From a virus, in IMG/VR virus record IMGVR_UViG_3300008517_000034, positions 1 to 64,000 of that record: DNA of 64,000 bases; one strand, given 5' to 3'. Of this stretch, positions 55,698-64,000 are shown piece by piece; the stretch's first letter is position 1, and every line of letters begins with the position of its first letter. The notes under the pieces were generated by a model. The model was not told where the DNA came from, searched no databases, and was given only the letters and a program-made list of their open reading frames with translations. The translations under genes and the position numbers were made by a program.

Positions 55698-56576
55698 CTA
55701 AGTTTCTATCGTAGGATTATATTCATCCTCTTCTAATCCAAAGGTCCAGGCTTTTGCCTCTCGTACACTACGCATATCAGGAGGCACTTTAAGAAAATAT
55801 CTTTTGCCAGTTGAAGAATCTTTAACCTGTAAAAATGCTATGCTATCTGTTAAGATTATGATTCTATCCTTTCTGTCATTAAAATACCCTCTTGGAATAC
55901 TACCATAAAAATCAGAAGGATGCTGAAAGGTTCTATCTTCAAGAATGATATACTGAATTTTATTCATCTCAAATCCTTCTCTTATATAGTTCTCGTAGCC
56001 GAGCTTCCTTAGTGCCTGCTCCCGTAACTCTAGATTTTCTGTTTCTTCTACATCTTCAAATGTTATGGGATAGTCCGTCTCCAGTTTTATCTTCGTCTCT
56101 AAATCCTGAATATATCGTTTTAGAATATATTTAAATTCATAAAGTACATTATTGTCTCTTCTCAAACTTAAAGGCCTTCCAAGATCTACTCCAAGACTTA
56201 ATTCTATATCCAGAAAGTTACTGAATAAGTCTTTATCCTCGGAGAGTATCTCAGCTAAGTTCCTTTTATTTAGAATTCTAAGAGCTGTACTGCAAGGAAA
56301 AAGTATTATGGTATGAATTCTACTTGCCACATTCACCGGAGGTATCCCTATATGATGACTACATAATCTTTCCTCTTTCACCTCAAAATATAATTCAATA
56401 ACATAAGGATTAAAATGCGATGATCTTAAATAAGCCTCACCCATAGCCTCGTCTAGTATGTAGTAGTCCCCATATATGGTATGCCTTACATTCTCCCCGG
56501 TTTTCCATGAATTTAACTTAGTCCTCAACGAATTTGATATATTCTGTATCATATTCCCTTTGTCTCCTAATTTCAT
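55698..56576 (-). CDS. DUF6745-like protein (5' end uncertain)
   Basis: N.ELR..A...LGYENY; C-terminal LQVKDSSTG..Y.L.VPP......A.AWTFG. Confidence 0.7.
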   Translation of the reverse strand: MKLGDKGNMIQNISNSLRTKLNSWKTGENVRHTIYGDYYILDEAMGEAYLRSSHFNPYVIELYFEVKEERLCSHHIGIPPVNVASRIHTIILFPCSTALRILNKRNLAEILSEDKDLFSNFLDIELSLGVDLGRPLSLRRDNNVLYEFKYILKRYIQDLETKIKLETDYPITFEDVEETENLELREQALRKLGYENYIREGFEMNKIQYIILEDRTFQHPSDFYGSIPRGYFNDRKDRIIILTDSIAFLQVKDSSTGKRYFLKVPPDMRSVREAKAWTFGLEEDEYNPTIET

Positions 56577-56907
56577 ATGTCCCAGCAGGAATAGTTATAG
56601 TATTATGTTCTTCGTGGATTAGTTCTGCTGGTGCACCAACTAGCGCATAGCCGATTATTTGTTTATCAACTGGGCTAACCCTAAAAGGTCCAGCCGTTAT
56701 TTCTAGACCATTAGGTAAATGAAAGCTAGGGTTTACAATTTTTTCGGCCACTTCTAGTATCTTGGCATTTCCCCTTAATCTATGAGCATGTCCAGTTACC
56801 TCTCCTTTTAAAATTACCTTACTTTTTTTAGTCTTAAATTTTATGTTTTCGGGTAATTTATCAATTTTAATTAACAAAATATCTCCGTGTCTATAGTGTT
56901 TATTCAT
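56518..56907 (-). CDS. Conserved His-rich partner of DUF6745-like genes (start revised to MNKHY)
   Basis: YRHGD, GE.TGH.H, L.HEEH..I.IP.G.Y..RRQREY; AAGGGGG RBS. Confidence 0.75.
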   Translation of the reverse strand: MNKHYRHGDILLIKIDKLPENIKFKTKKSKVILKGEVTGHAHRLRGNAKILEVAEKIVNPSFHLPNGLEITAGPFRVSPVDKQIIGYALVGAPAELIHEEHNTITIPAGTYEIRRQREYDTEYIKFVED

Positions 56908-56960
56908 GATAAAAAATCCCCCTTTTTTTAAATATCCTCTCAAAATTTTAAACAATGATT

Positions 56961-57536
56961 TCACCCACTAAACCAAAGATCGTGTTTTAATATTTCTTCA
57001 AGTTTTGACATGGGAATTTTAGTATATTCTCCATATACCTTCTTAATCATTCCCATAATCTTGTCTAAGTTCTGCATCTCATCCTTAAAATCCTCGTATT
57101 TGCCCCACATAAAAGAACTTAATTGATGAATGAGCATATAAGCATGTCGGTTGATAAATCTTCTCTTCCCGCAAACACTTAAAAAAGTTGCTGCGCTCGC
57201 ACAGCATCCATCGATCATCGTGTGGACGGGAACAACGCTTTTAATGATTTCGTCCATCCCCGCCATCCCTGCAAAGACACTGCCACCATAACTTTGGATA
57301 TGAAGATGGATATTAGCGGGCTCTCGATTTTGAATTGTGGCCTCACGCTGCAAATTAATTCCCATACTTAATATATTTCTATTAAGTTGTAATATTTTTT
57401 CTGTTTCAATACGAGAATAGAAATAAATCCTATTCTCTACCACCTCAACAAAAGATGGATGAGTATCTTTTTCCTCTATAGACTTAGGCTTTTCATCATG
57501 TTCTGGCTTTTTTTCAGCCCAATTAAAACCTTTCAT
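56961..57536 (-). CDS. clpP: ClpP-like protease, C-terminally truncated
   Basis: I.S.GGSV..G, CASAAT (Ser), LIHQ (His), HDLW (Asp); lacks the A.E...YGL.D end. Confidence 0.8.
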   Translation of the reverse strand: MKGFNWAEKKPEHDEKPKSIEEKDTHPSFVEVVENRIYFYSRIETEKILQLNRNILSMGINLQREATIQNREPANIHLHIQSYGGSVFAGMAGMDEIIKSVVPVHTMIDGCCASAATFLSVCGKRRFINRHAYMLIHQLSSFMWGKYEDFKDEMQNLDKIMGMIKKVYGEYTKIPMSKLEEILKHDLWFSG

Positions 57537-57539
57537 TTT

Positions 57540-57824
57540 TTAAAATTCTCCCTTCTTAATCTCAAATAAATGGAATACCAATGCCCCATTTCCTATCTGA
57601 AAAGTTCCTATATAATTAATTATTCTAAGGTAATCTTCACCTAGGGGATGACCGGTTCCACTTAGCCTAAAATGCCTGGTCTCTTTCTTTGTTTCTGAAT
57701 CTACCATCGCCCATAACTGAGGAGCACCTCTCTGGGTTTGAACCGTTAGTATTTTAGCATCTCTATGCACTTCCAAAGTGAAGTGATCTTCCGCAGGGAT
57801 CGGATATTTAAAGATCGTCAGCAT
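57540..57824 (-). CDS. Conserved phage hypothetical protein
   Basis: IFKY.....LTVQ.Q....LWA.V...GTG...YIGT.Q....V.HLFE pattern. Confidence 0.7.
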   Translation of the reverse strand: MLTIFKYPIPAEDHFTLEVHRDAKILTVQTQRGAPQLWAMVDSETKKETRHFRLSGTGHPLGEDYLRIINYIGTFQIGNGALVFHLFEIKKGEF

Positions 57825-57914
57825 AATTTTTTCCCTTTTTTTATTTTTTCTTAAAAATCAGATATAATATTATTCCTGCTACTATAATTCCTATAATCCA
57901 CCAATACCACATAA

Positions 57915-58331
57915 TTATCCACCACCTTTATTTAGATTATTTTTACGTTCCAGGTCCCTTTTTTTAATTCTTTTTCTGTTCTTTTTATACCACGCATGAG
58001 CGGTTTTTTTTAAATATTCTTTATGCTTTATTTTATAGTCTTGAAAATACTTACTCCGGTCTTTTCCGTCTTGATATTCTTTGATTTTAATGAGTAGCCA
58101 ATCTTTATTCTGATAATAATATTCTAAAGCCTCTTTGCTCCGGCAGGCTTTGCAGATATTTATTCTACCACCAGCGCTCCTCTTATCCTTCGAGAAGTGG
58201 AATAGTGATTTCCTCTCTCCGCATTTTCTACATACTTTAAATATTTTAGTAGCCTCTTTTTCTTCCCTTTCTTCAAGCTCCTTTTCAAAATCAGAGAATC
58301 GAGTAGCAAATTCAAAAGACCTTGTAACCAT
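57915..58331 (-). CDS. Zn-binding protein resembling HNH/EndoVII N-terminus, no nuclease domain
   Basis: K.C.KC...K....F.......G....CK.C followed by a basic helical tail. Confidence 0.6.
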   Translation of the reverse strand: MVTRSFEFATRFSDFEKELEEREEKEATKIFKVCRKCGERKSLFHFSKDKRSAGGRINICKACRSKEALEYYYQNKDWLLIKIKEYQDGKDRSKYFQDYKIKHKEYLKKTAHAWYKKNRKRIKKRDLERKNNLNKGGG

Positions 58332-58369
58332 AATTACCCCCTTTTAATTTCATTTAATCACCTTCTTTC

Positions 58370-58732
58370 TTAATCAAACGGTAACGAAACATCATAATTA
58401 TCTCGCGGATCCCATTCTTCCCAATCATCTGCTTCTTTATCGTCTTCCGGTACTTGATCTATGAGATCGACCGGATGATTTTTAAAATATTTTTTATCCG
58501 GTTTTGATTCCCTGTAAATTGCCGATCTTACATGACAATTTCCTATTGCTTCTTGTAACTTCATAATTTTCTCCTTTTTTTTTAATAATGGACATATCTT
58601 TGGCCTATGCCCTTTATTATCTATAAAAAAATACTTGCCTAAAATCTTTTTTAATTTAGGACAATGAAAAGAGTATCTACCTCTTCGATTTTTCGTTCTT
58701 ATATAAGGACATTCAAAACAGGTTTTATACAT
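58370..58732 (-). CDS. Cys-rich hypothetical protein
   Basis: C.ECP...C...RP..CPL. Confidence 0.55.
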   Translation of the reverse strand: MYKTCFECPYIRTKNRRGRYSFHCPKLKKILGKYFFIDNKGHRPKICPLLKKKEKIMKLQEAIGNCHVRSAIYRESKPDKKYFKNHPVDLIDQVPEDDKEADDWEEWDPRDNYDVSLPFD

Positions 58733-58735
58733 TAA

Positions 58736-59107
58736 CTATCCTTTTTTATATAGATTTTCGTATTCATAATATTCTACTTTATTCCCTTCATTATGACTTT
58801 TAGGGATAAAATTCTTTTCATCACTTAAATCGTTTTCATTTATTGCTACTTTATAACCACCTTTCTTCATTATCTCTATATCTTTTTCAATAACCCCTAT
58901 ATATCCTTCCTGTTTATTGTGGCCACAACAGCAACCTGTTGTTCTAATTCCCAATGACCATAAATACTTAATTTCTTCAGCTATACATTTATCGATACAT
59001 ATCGTATTGCTGGTTGTCCCCTCAGTTCTACCAATCATACATTTTGGCCTTAATAATTCCACTTGATTATCATAACTACCTATTTTTACATTTACACAAT
59101 TACACAT
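58736..59107 (-). CDS. Hypothetical protein with ID.CI...GIRT..CC.GH motif (TYW3-like pattern)
   Basis: IDKCIAEEIKYLWSLGIRTTGCCCGH. Confidence 0.6.
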   Translation of the reverse strand: MCNCVNVKIGSYDNQVELLRPKCMIGRTEGTTSNTICIDKCIAEEIKYLWSLGIRTTGCCCGHNKQEGYIGVIEKDIEIMKKGGYKVAINENDLSDEKNFIPKSHNEGNKVEYYEYENLYKKG

Positions 59108-59123
59108 AAATCATTCCTCTTCC

Positions 59124-59544
59124 CTATCCTATATTCGTTCTTACTCCATCATCAAATTTCTTCCAATCAATCCCATATAATTCGCAAATAGCTATTAATT
59201 GAGGTTTACCATAATATTCATAGTCCCTTAAATCATTCCATTTCTCTAGAAATTCATCCTGCCCATCGAGCCACAACCAGGCGACCATATGTCGCAAACT
59301 TCTACTAGCACTTATACCCCGACAACCATTGGCTTTTTCCCAGGCAAATGGCATATAGTCTTTGAGTTCTTCTACGGGATTTATTTTCTCTGGCTTCCAG
59401 TCTCCGCTTCTCACAATCTTCTTCAAAAAAGGGTTTAGCATGTTCGTAATCTAAACGGCGAATATATCCATCGAACTCCCAACCAAACATATCATTTTTT
59501 TTCCTCTCGCTAATCCTCTTTACTATCTCTTCCTGTGTTCTCAT
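59124..59544 (-). pseudogene. Single hypothetical gene split by a +1 shift at CCC-TTT-TTT
   Basis: MRTQEEI...HAKPF joins LKKIV...AWEKA..RGISA.RS if one T is removed at 59425-59430. Confidence 0.65.
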
Positions 59545-59563
59545 TTAATCACCTCGCTTTTTT

Positions 59564-59857
59564 CTACTTTTCTGTTTTTAATTTGCTCTTTAATAATTGC
59601 ATCTTCTCGAATGCTCTATTCATTTGTCCCCTAATCTCGCAGAGTCTCTTATACTCATCTTCGATCCATCCTTCAGAAGCTTTCTTAGCCATATCCTTTT
59701 CCTCTTGTGCTTCCATTGGGGAACCAACCAGCTCGCTATTTACTTCTGATATGATTAAATTCAGCTCTTTAGCCCTGGCTAATATAGAAAAAATGACTTT
59801 CGATATATCCCCAGTAGTTGCTGGTTTCCTATCTTCTACACTCCTTAGTCCTTGCAT
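59564..59857 (-). CDS. Hypothetical protein
   Basis: ORF track; GGAG RBS. Confidence 0.55.
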   Translation of the reverse strand: MQGLRSVEDRKPATTGDISKVIFSILARAKELNLIISEVNSELVGSPMEAQEEKDMAKKASEGWIEDEYKRLCEIRGQMNRAFEKMQLLKSKLKTEK

Positions 59858-60620
59858 CTCCCTTCCTCCTTTCTTTTTTGATTTTAGGAAATTCTTTGAT
59901 CTCTTCCGGATAAATATCTTTTAGGCTATCTTTTAAATAAATTGGTATTTTAGCTCTTCTACAATAATCAATTATGTTTTCTATCCATTCTTTTTTAGGT
60001 ATGATCTCCCCTTTTCTATTGCCTGTTTCTGCCCCGATTATTACCCAATTTATACCTTCAAGATTCAGGAAATAAATTAATTGCATATCCATCAATAAAG
60101 GTTCAAAGCATACGAATTTTAGATTATCCTTATTATGCTGTTTATATTCGTAATAATCCCATCTGCCTGGCTCCCCAGTTTTCGGGTTTTTGATAATAGT
60201 TACACCCAACCAACAATTTGAAGGGAATACCCAATCATTATATACTTGGGGAAATTTAGTTAAAAATTGAAAAGTATGTTGAGGATATTGCTTAATTTTC
60301 TCAATCACCCTCTCTATCCATACTTCATCCCAATGAGCTATTTCACTCATGCTTCCCACAAATATTTTTTGGGTCTTTTGGGGAAACTTCTTAACAAATT
60401 GAGATTCTAAAAATGTGGGTTTAAAGTCTTTTAGTCCCGATAAGTAATCTCCGGTCCAGACCCAATTAGGGTGCGCCATATAATAAAAGTTAAACTCGTC
60501 ATCGTATCTCTGCTTCCAAAACCTCTTTGCTATTCTCCTCGCGTAACAATATTCACATTTATTCATACAGCCCCACACCGGGTTAAACGTGAGATTACAC
60601 CACCCTATTTTATTTTTCAT
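59829..60620 (-). CDS. Gp37Gp68 (DUF5131) family radical-SAM-like protein
   Basis: I.WC..T.NPV.GC...C.YCYA, FVGSMS, FLTK, EPLL, WVIIGAETG. Confidence 0.88.
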   Translation of the reverse strand: MKNKIGWCNLTFNPVWGCMNKCEYCYARRIAKRFWKQRYDDEFNFYYMAHPNWVWTGDYLSGLKDFKPTFLESQFVKKFPQKTQKIFVGSMSEIAHWDEVWIERVIEKIKQYPQHTFQFLTKFPQVYNDWVFPSNCWLGVTIIKNPKTGEPGRWDYYEYKQHNKDNLKFVCFEPLLMDMQLIYFLNLEGINWVIIGAETGNRKGEIIPKKEWIENIIDYCRRAKIPIYLKDSLKDIYPEEIKEFPKIKKERRKGDARTKECRR

Positions 60621-60801
60621 TTCCTTTCACCACAGCCTTTCTAAAAATTATGTCGGCCTCGTCTTCCCAGGAATATTTTTTATCCCTTATAACTAATTTT
60701 TCAATATTCTTTTTAAGCTTCTTAGAAAACTCATCGAATTCACTGTTCTTTTTTACCTGCTCGTAATAAGTCTTTATGGTGGGAAACATTGTCTTGCCTC
60801 C

Positions 60802-61134
60802 TCATAATTTTTTATATGCCTCAAATGTAATAAAATCACATTCCCCGATAACTACCTTCTGTCCACATCTTAGGCATATCCTTGTCTGTCCTCTTCCTCC
60901 CGCTCTTGCACGGATAATATGAATTGGTCTTGGGAGTTCATTATTGGCATCGAATGGGCAGCCACTTTTATAATTTGTTACACAACGCATTACCGTTATC
61001 CATTTACCATTGCCTGCTCTGTACCCGCAATCGTGGGGACTCCAACAAATCCGGCAAGGGCATATCTTATCTGCTGCCCCGGTCAATCTGCCTTTATATT
61101 CTCTTTTATCTAAAAGCCGATTTCTAACTTTCAT
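60802..61134 (-). CDS. Cys-rich hypothetical protein
   Basis: CPC..C...C and C..CG motifs. Confidence 0.55.
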   Translation of the reverse strand: MKVRNRLLDKREYKGRLTGAADKICPCRICWSPHDCGYRAGNGKWITVMRCVTNYKSGCPFDANNELPRPIHIIRARAGGRGQTRICLRCGQKVVIGECDFITFEAYKKL

Positions 61135-61377
61135 TCTTAATCTGCATTTAGCCCCTTTTTAATATTGGATCTCGCAACTCTGGTTTTAATTTTTGCTTAT
61201 TATCAATTATTCTTTTTTTTCGTATTTCTTCCAGTGCCCTATCTCTTTTAAAAAAATAAAATAATCTATGCAAAATAAAAATCAAAACTAAACAAAGTTC
61301 AAATATAAGAATATTTCTAATTATCATTTTATTTAACCTCTGATAAAAATACTTTTTTTTAATTTTATTTTTTCTTC

Positions 61378-61596
61378 TTAATCTCTCCCTATAACCTTTT
61401 TAAAATCTATTACAGTTAATTCGTGGCCTTTAAATATTGCTGATTCGCCATTTCCACCCACAGAGTAAATATTATTGGCATCTAAATCATCTAACATTTC
61501 TGTGTATACAGCGTCAATATTTTCCAAATCTGTTATAATTTTAATCTCATCTCCGTAAATTGTAATCAGATTAAATTCTTCTTTTTTGCTTTCCAT
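61378..61596 (-). CDS. Small acidic hypothetical protein
   Basis: ORF track; GAGG RBS. Confidence 0.5.
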   Translation of the reverse strand: MESKKEEFNLITIYGDEIKIITDLENIDAVYTEMLDDLDANNIYSVGGNGESAIFKGHELTVIDFKKVIGRD

Positions 61597-61826
61597 CCTC
61601 TTGACCTCCCTTTTAACCTTCTTTTCTCATCATGCCCGCAATTCATTTTCTCTATTCGTTTCCATTCTCCTAGCTTCTTCCTTCTGGCCTCCTTGATCTC
61701 TCGTCTTTTTGCCCTATCAATTTCTGAATCGAGCATATCGAAAGTCTGATTAATATAATCCTTACCCATGCTGCTATCTATCCTTTCAGCCTCTTTCTTG
61801 AGATACTTTCTAATCGCTTTCTGCAT
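61566..61826 (-). CDS. Hypothetical protein
   Basis: ORF track. Confidence 0.5.
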   Translation of the reverse strand: MQKAIRKYLKKEAERIDSSMGKDYINQTFDMLDSEIDRAKRREIKEARRKKLGEWKRIEKMNCGHDEKRRLKGRSRGWKAKKKNLI

Positions 61827-61879
61827 ACTGCCTTCCTCTCTAATTTAATTTTCTGCTTCCTATCTGCTCAATACATTAG

Positions 61880-62122
61880 TCAAGGATACCCTTTCAATAG
61901 TTGCAATCCTCTGCCTTCTTCAAAATCATTATCTCTTTTTTCCAGCCTATCCATCCTATCTTGTATCGCTCCAATTAGCTCTGCGTTGGTCCCATCCCGG
62001 CTGATCAAAATCTTAATTAGAAGTTCATTCTTGTCTATTTTAAAGTTCAAATACAAGACCCACAATCCTACTAAAAGCATTATGACTATAAATACGATTA
62101 ATAGATTCTCAAATTTTTTCAT
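61880..62122 (-). CDS. Small membrane-anchored coiled-coil protein
   Basis: N-terminal TM helix; GGAGG RBS. Confidence 0.55.
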   Translation of the reverse strand: MKKFENLLIVFIVIMLLVGLWVLYLNFKIDKNELLIKILISRDGTNAELIGAIQDRMDRLEKRDNDFEEGRGLQLLKGYP

Positions 62123-62303
62123 CCTCCACCTCCTTAATTCGCTTTTTTAACTGTATTCTCATGTCATTACCCGGAGATAATTTTTTAATTAATTTTTTCC
62201 ATTTCCTGATTTTATTTTTTTCCTTTCTATGCCCTGTCTTATATTTTTGACATTTATCTTTATTTCGGCCATACTTTCTTGCTCCTCCGCCTATTTTTTT
62301 CAT
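62109..62303 (-). CDS. Small basic hypothetical protein
   Basis: ORF track; GAGG RBS. Confidence 0.5.
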   Translation of the reverse strand: MKKIGGGARKYGRNKDKCQKYKTGHRKEKNKIRKWKKLIKKLSPGNDMRIQLKKRIKEVEDEKI

Positions 62304-62317
62304 ACTATCCCTCTTCT

Positions 62318-62884
62318 TTATTTTATTTTTTCCTTTAATAGATTTTTATCCTTTACTTTAGTGCCATCAAGACACCTACCATATTTTTCTAACATATATT
62401 CCTCGCTATAGCCTTTCTGGTTATTTTCCAGTTCAAAAATCCCAGTCAGTTTCTCCGGATGATTACTTCTCCTCTTCATAATAGGATACAGTTTTATAAA
62501 CTCCTTTTTTGCCCATTTTTCCTCTTTAAGAGAGGTATCACATATCCTTATCCAACCTCCCAACGCCTCCACTACTGAGCCTATTATTGGGTTTTCAGGA
62601 AAGGACACAGACATATATCCATCATATCTCTCTATCTTTTCCTTTAAAATTAGCCAGGCAATCTCCGCCTCATCCTCGATTCTACCTTCGATTATTTCTA
62701 TAATCTCGGATATTTTTGGAAAGAATTTTAATTCTCTCATAGACTTAATTACTGCTTTTTTTATATTTATATCAGAATAGCCTTTTAATATATCCCAATA
62801 TATTTTAGCCCGGTCCTCGCTCAGTTTTTCACCAAAGGCAGATTCCAGACTATTTAAACTCTGTAAAAATAATTTTTTATCCAT
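62318..62884 (-). CDS. Replication accessory / helicase-loader-like protein (DUF6475-like C-terminus)
   Basis: IYW..L.....I..A.......FFP.ISE; SV.F.....VE.LGGW; follows the initiator. Confidence 0.7.
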   Translation of the reverse strand: MDKKLFLQSLNSLESAFGEKLSEDRAKIYWDILKGYSDINIKKAVIKSMRELKFFPKISEIIEIIEGRIEDEAEIAWLILKEKIERYDGYMSVSFPENPIIGSVVEALGGWIRICDTSLKEEKWAKKEFIKLYPIMKRRSNHPEKLTGIFELENNQKGYSEEYMLEKYGRCLDGTKVKDKNLLKEKIK

Positions 62885-62896
62885 TTACTCCTTTTC

Positions 62897-63670
62897 TTAA
62901 TCCACACCATCAAGCCGATGATCCGTTTTTATCCTTTCTTTCAGGCTCTTGCCCCGGTCTATTACCTCTTTATAGAATCTCGAATAGTGTTTTCGCAGAC
63001 TGGCCGGACATAGAATATTTTTAGCCCAGAATTTATTTTCTACCACCCAGTCTATTATTTTTTTTATTTCATTGGGTTCAGCCTTATCTATACGAATAAG
63101 GTAATCCATATCTTTACACCAGGATTGTATTTGAGGCTCTTCTCTTTTTCTAATTGATTTATTATTTTCCCTTATTTTACCTTCAAAATAGATAGTTAAT
63201 TGATACACCACCGCCTCTTTATCAAAAGAGGCTTTACTTAGTGTCTTTTGTATAGTTTCTTTTGAAGAAATTTCTTTTGTATAGTTTCTTTTGTACTTAC
63301 CCATTTGGGTAACTTTAATTACCTGTTTAGGTAACTTTATGTCCTGTTTAGGTAACTTTATGTCCTGTTTAGGTAACTTTATCCACTTATCATAATCTTT
63401 CTGGAAACCTAATTTTTTTCCATTTCTTATAATCATATTTTTTTTAATTAATTTTTTTAGAGTCCTACTAACATGACTTTCTGCTATACCGGTCATTTTT
63501 GCAATTTGAGTATTAGTAATCCAATCTTTCTTTTTATGCCAACCATAAGTTTTTCTAAATATAGCCCATAAAACCTTGCTTTCGTAACTCGATAAATAGG
63601 TTTTTGCTAGTATTTCTACTATTTCATTAGCTATATCAACATGCCCGTTTTCAGCTTGTGGATTTGCCAT
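62897..63670 (-). CDS. Phage replication initiator, lambda O-like
   Basis: MA.PQ.E.G...IANE..E, RKTYGW.KK.D.I...Q, FW..NIL.P..LR. Confidence 0.88.
   Translation of the reverse strand: MANPQAENGHVDIANEIVEILAKTYLSSYESKVLWAIFRKTYGWHKKKDWITNTQIAKMTGIAESHVSRTLKKLIKKNMIIRNGKKLGFQKDYDKWIKLPKQDIKLPKQDIKLPKQVIKVTQMGKYKRNYTKEISSKETIQKTLSKASFDKEAVVYQLTIYFEGKIRENNKSIRKREEPQIQSWCKDMDYLIRIDKAEPNEIKKIIDWVVENKFWAKNILCPASLRKHYSRFYKEVIDRGKSLKERIKTDHRLDGVD
63301..63382 (+). repeat. Iterons (replication origin) inside the initiator gene
   Basis: CCTGTTTAGGTAACTTTAT at 63322, 63343, 63364 (21-bp period) plus a degenerate copy at 63301; AT-rich CTTTTGTATAGTTTCTT duplicate adjacent. Confidence 0.8.
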
Positions 63671-63687
63671 ATATAATTACCTCAAAT

Positions 63688-63822
63688 AAAATGGGCAAAA
63701 GAAAAACCAGATGTAGGAGATAATCTATTGCAGTGACACAATAGACCCGCGGAGACACCCGGCCTTTATTTGCCTATTTATTTTATTTTTAATTTTTTCT
63801 TTTATATTTTTCACGGTCACTA
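63688..63822 (-). promoter_or_regulatory. Structured leader RNA upstream of the initiator
   Basis: Nested stems AATAGGCAAA/TTTGCCCATT, GGCCGGGTGT/ACATCTGGTT, TCTATTG/CAATAGA; loop GTCACT complementary to upstream AGTGAC. Confidence 0.45.
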
Positions 63823-64000
63823 TCTCTTTATTTAAGTTTAGAATTCTCTTAAAATGCTCAAAGGATTTACTCCCCATGTTCCCATTGGATCAGGTTTATA
63901 GGGATCAGTTTCACAAATTACCCGGGCCTTAATTTTTACCTCTTTTAAATTTAAAATGAATAAATAATTTATTTTTAGGGTTATATCGACACAGCAATCG

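Noticed and set aside
550-62411. Plus-strand ORFs in the track (e.g. 14998..15354, 23464..23808, 31524..31907, 59535..59924)
   Set aside because: All are antisense shadows of convincing minus-strand genes, with Ser/Phe/Leu-rich composition and no recognisable motifs.
1-64000. Integrase/att sites, tRNA or rRNA genes, host assignment
   Set aside because: None recognisable in the window; lifestyle and host cannot be supported from this sequence alone.

Overview
AT-rich (roughly one-third GC) tailed-phage or prophage segment, siphovirus-like, with essentially all genes on the minus strand. From right to left it carries: a lambda-O-like replication initiator with internal iterons and a loader-like gene; many small accessory genes (Gp37Gp68, ClpP-like, DUF6745-type pair, a 664-aa helical/TerD-like protein, radical SAM, PD-(D/E)xK nuclease); four tandem DNA methyltransferases; terminase and portal; an expanded head locus (MuF-metallopeptidase, multidomain ATP-dependent DNA ligase/3'-phosphoesterase, Dam-nucleotidyltransferase fusion, two homing-type endonucleases, XkdF-like protease); capsid, neck, tail with a -1 frameshifted chaperone, tape measure and fibres; lysis genes; and a separately promoted operon of small ORFs with ArdC, followed by an HTH gene. 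No integrase, tRNA or CRISPR array was seen. The best non-coding discoveries are: (i) two type II pseudoknotted hammerhead ribozymes bracketing exactly five complete small ORFs in the ArdC operon; (ii) three covarying structured-RNA repeats directly upstream of the TerD-like gene; (iii) a near-identical promoter shared by the ArdC operon and the HTH gene. All family assignments come from motif recognition by eye, not database searches.
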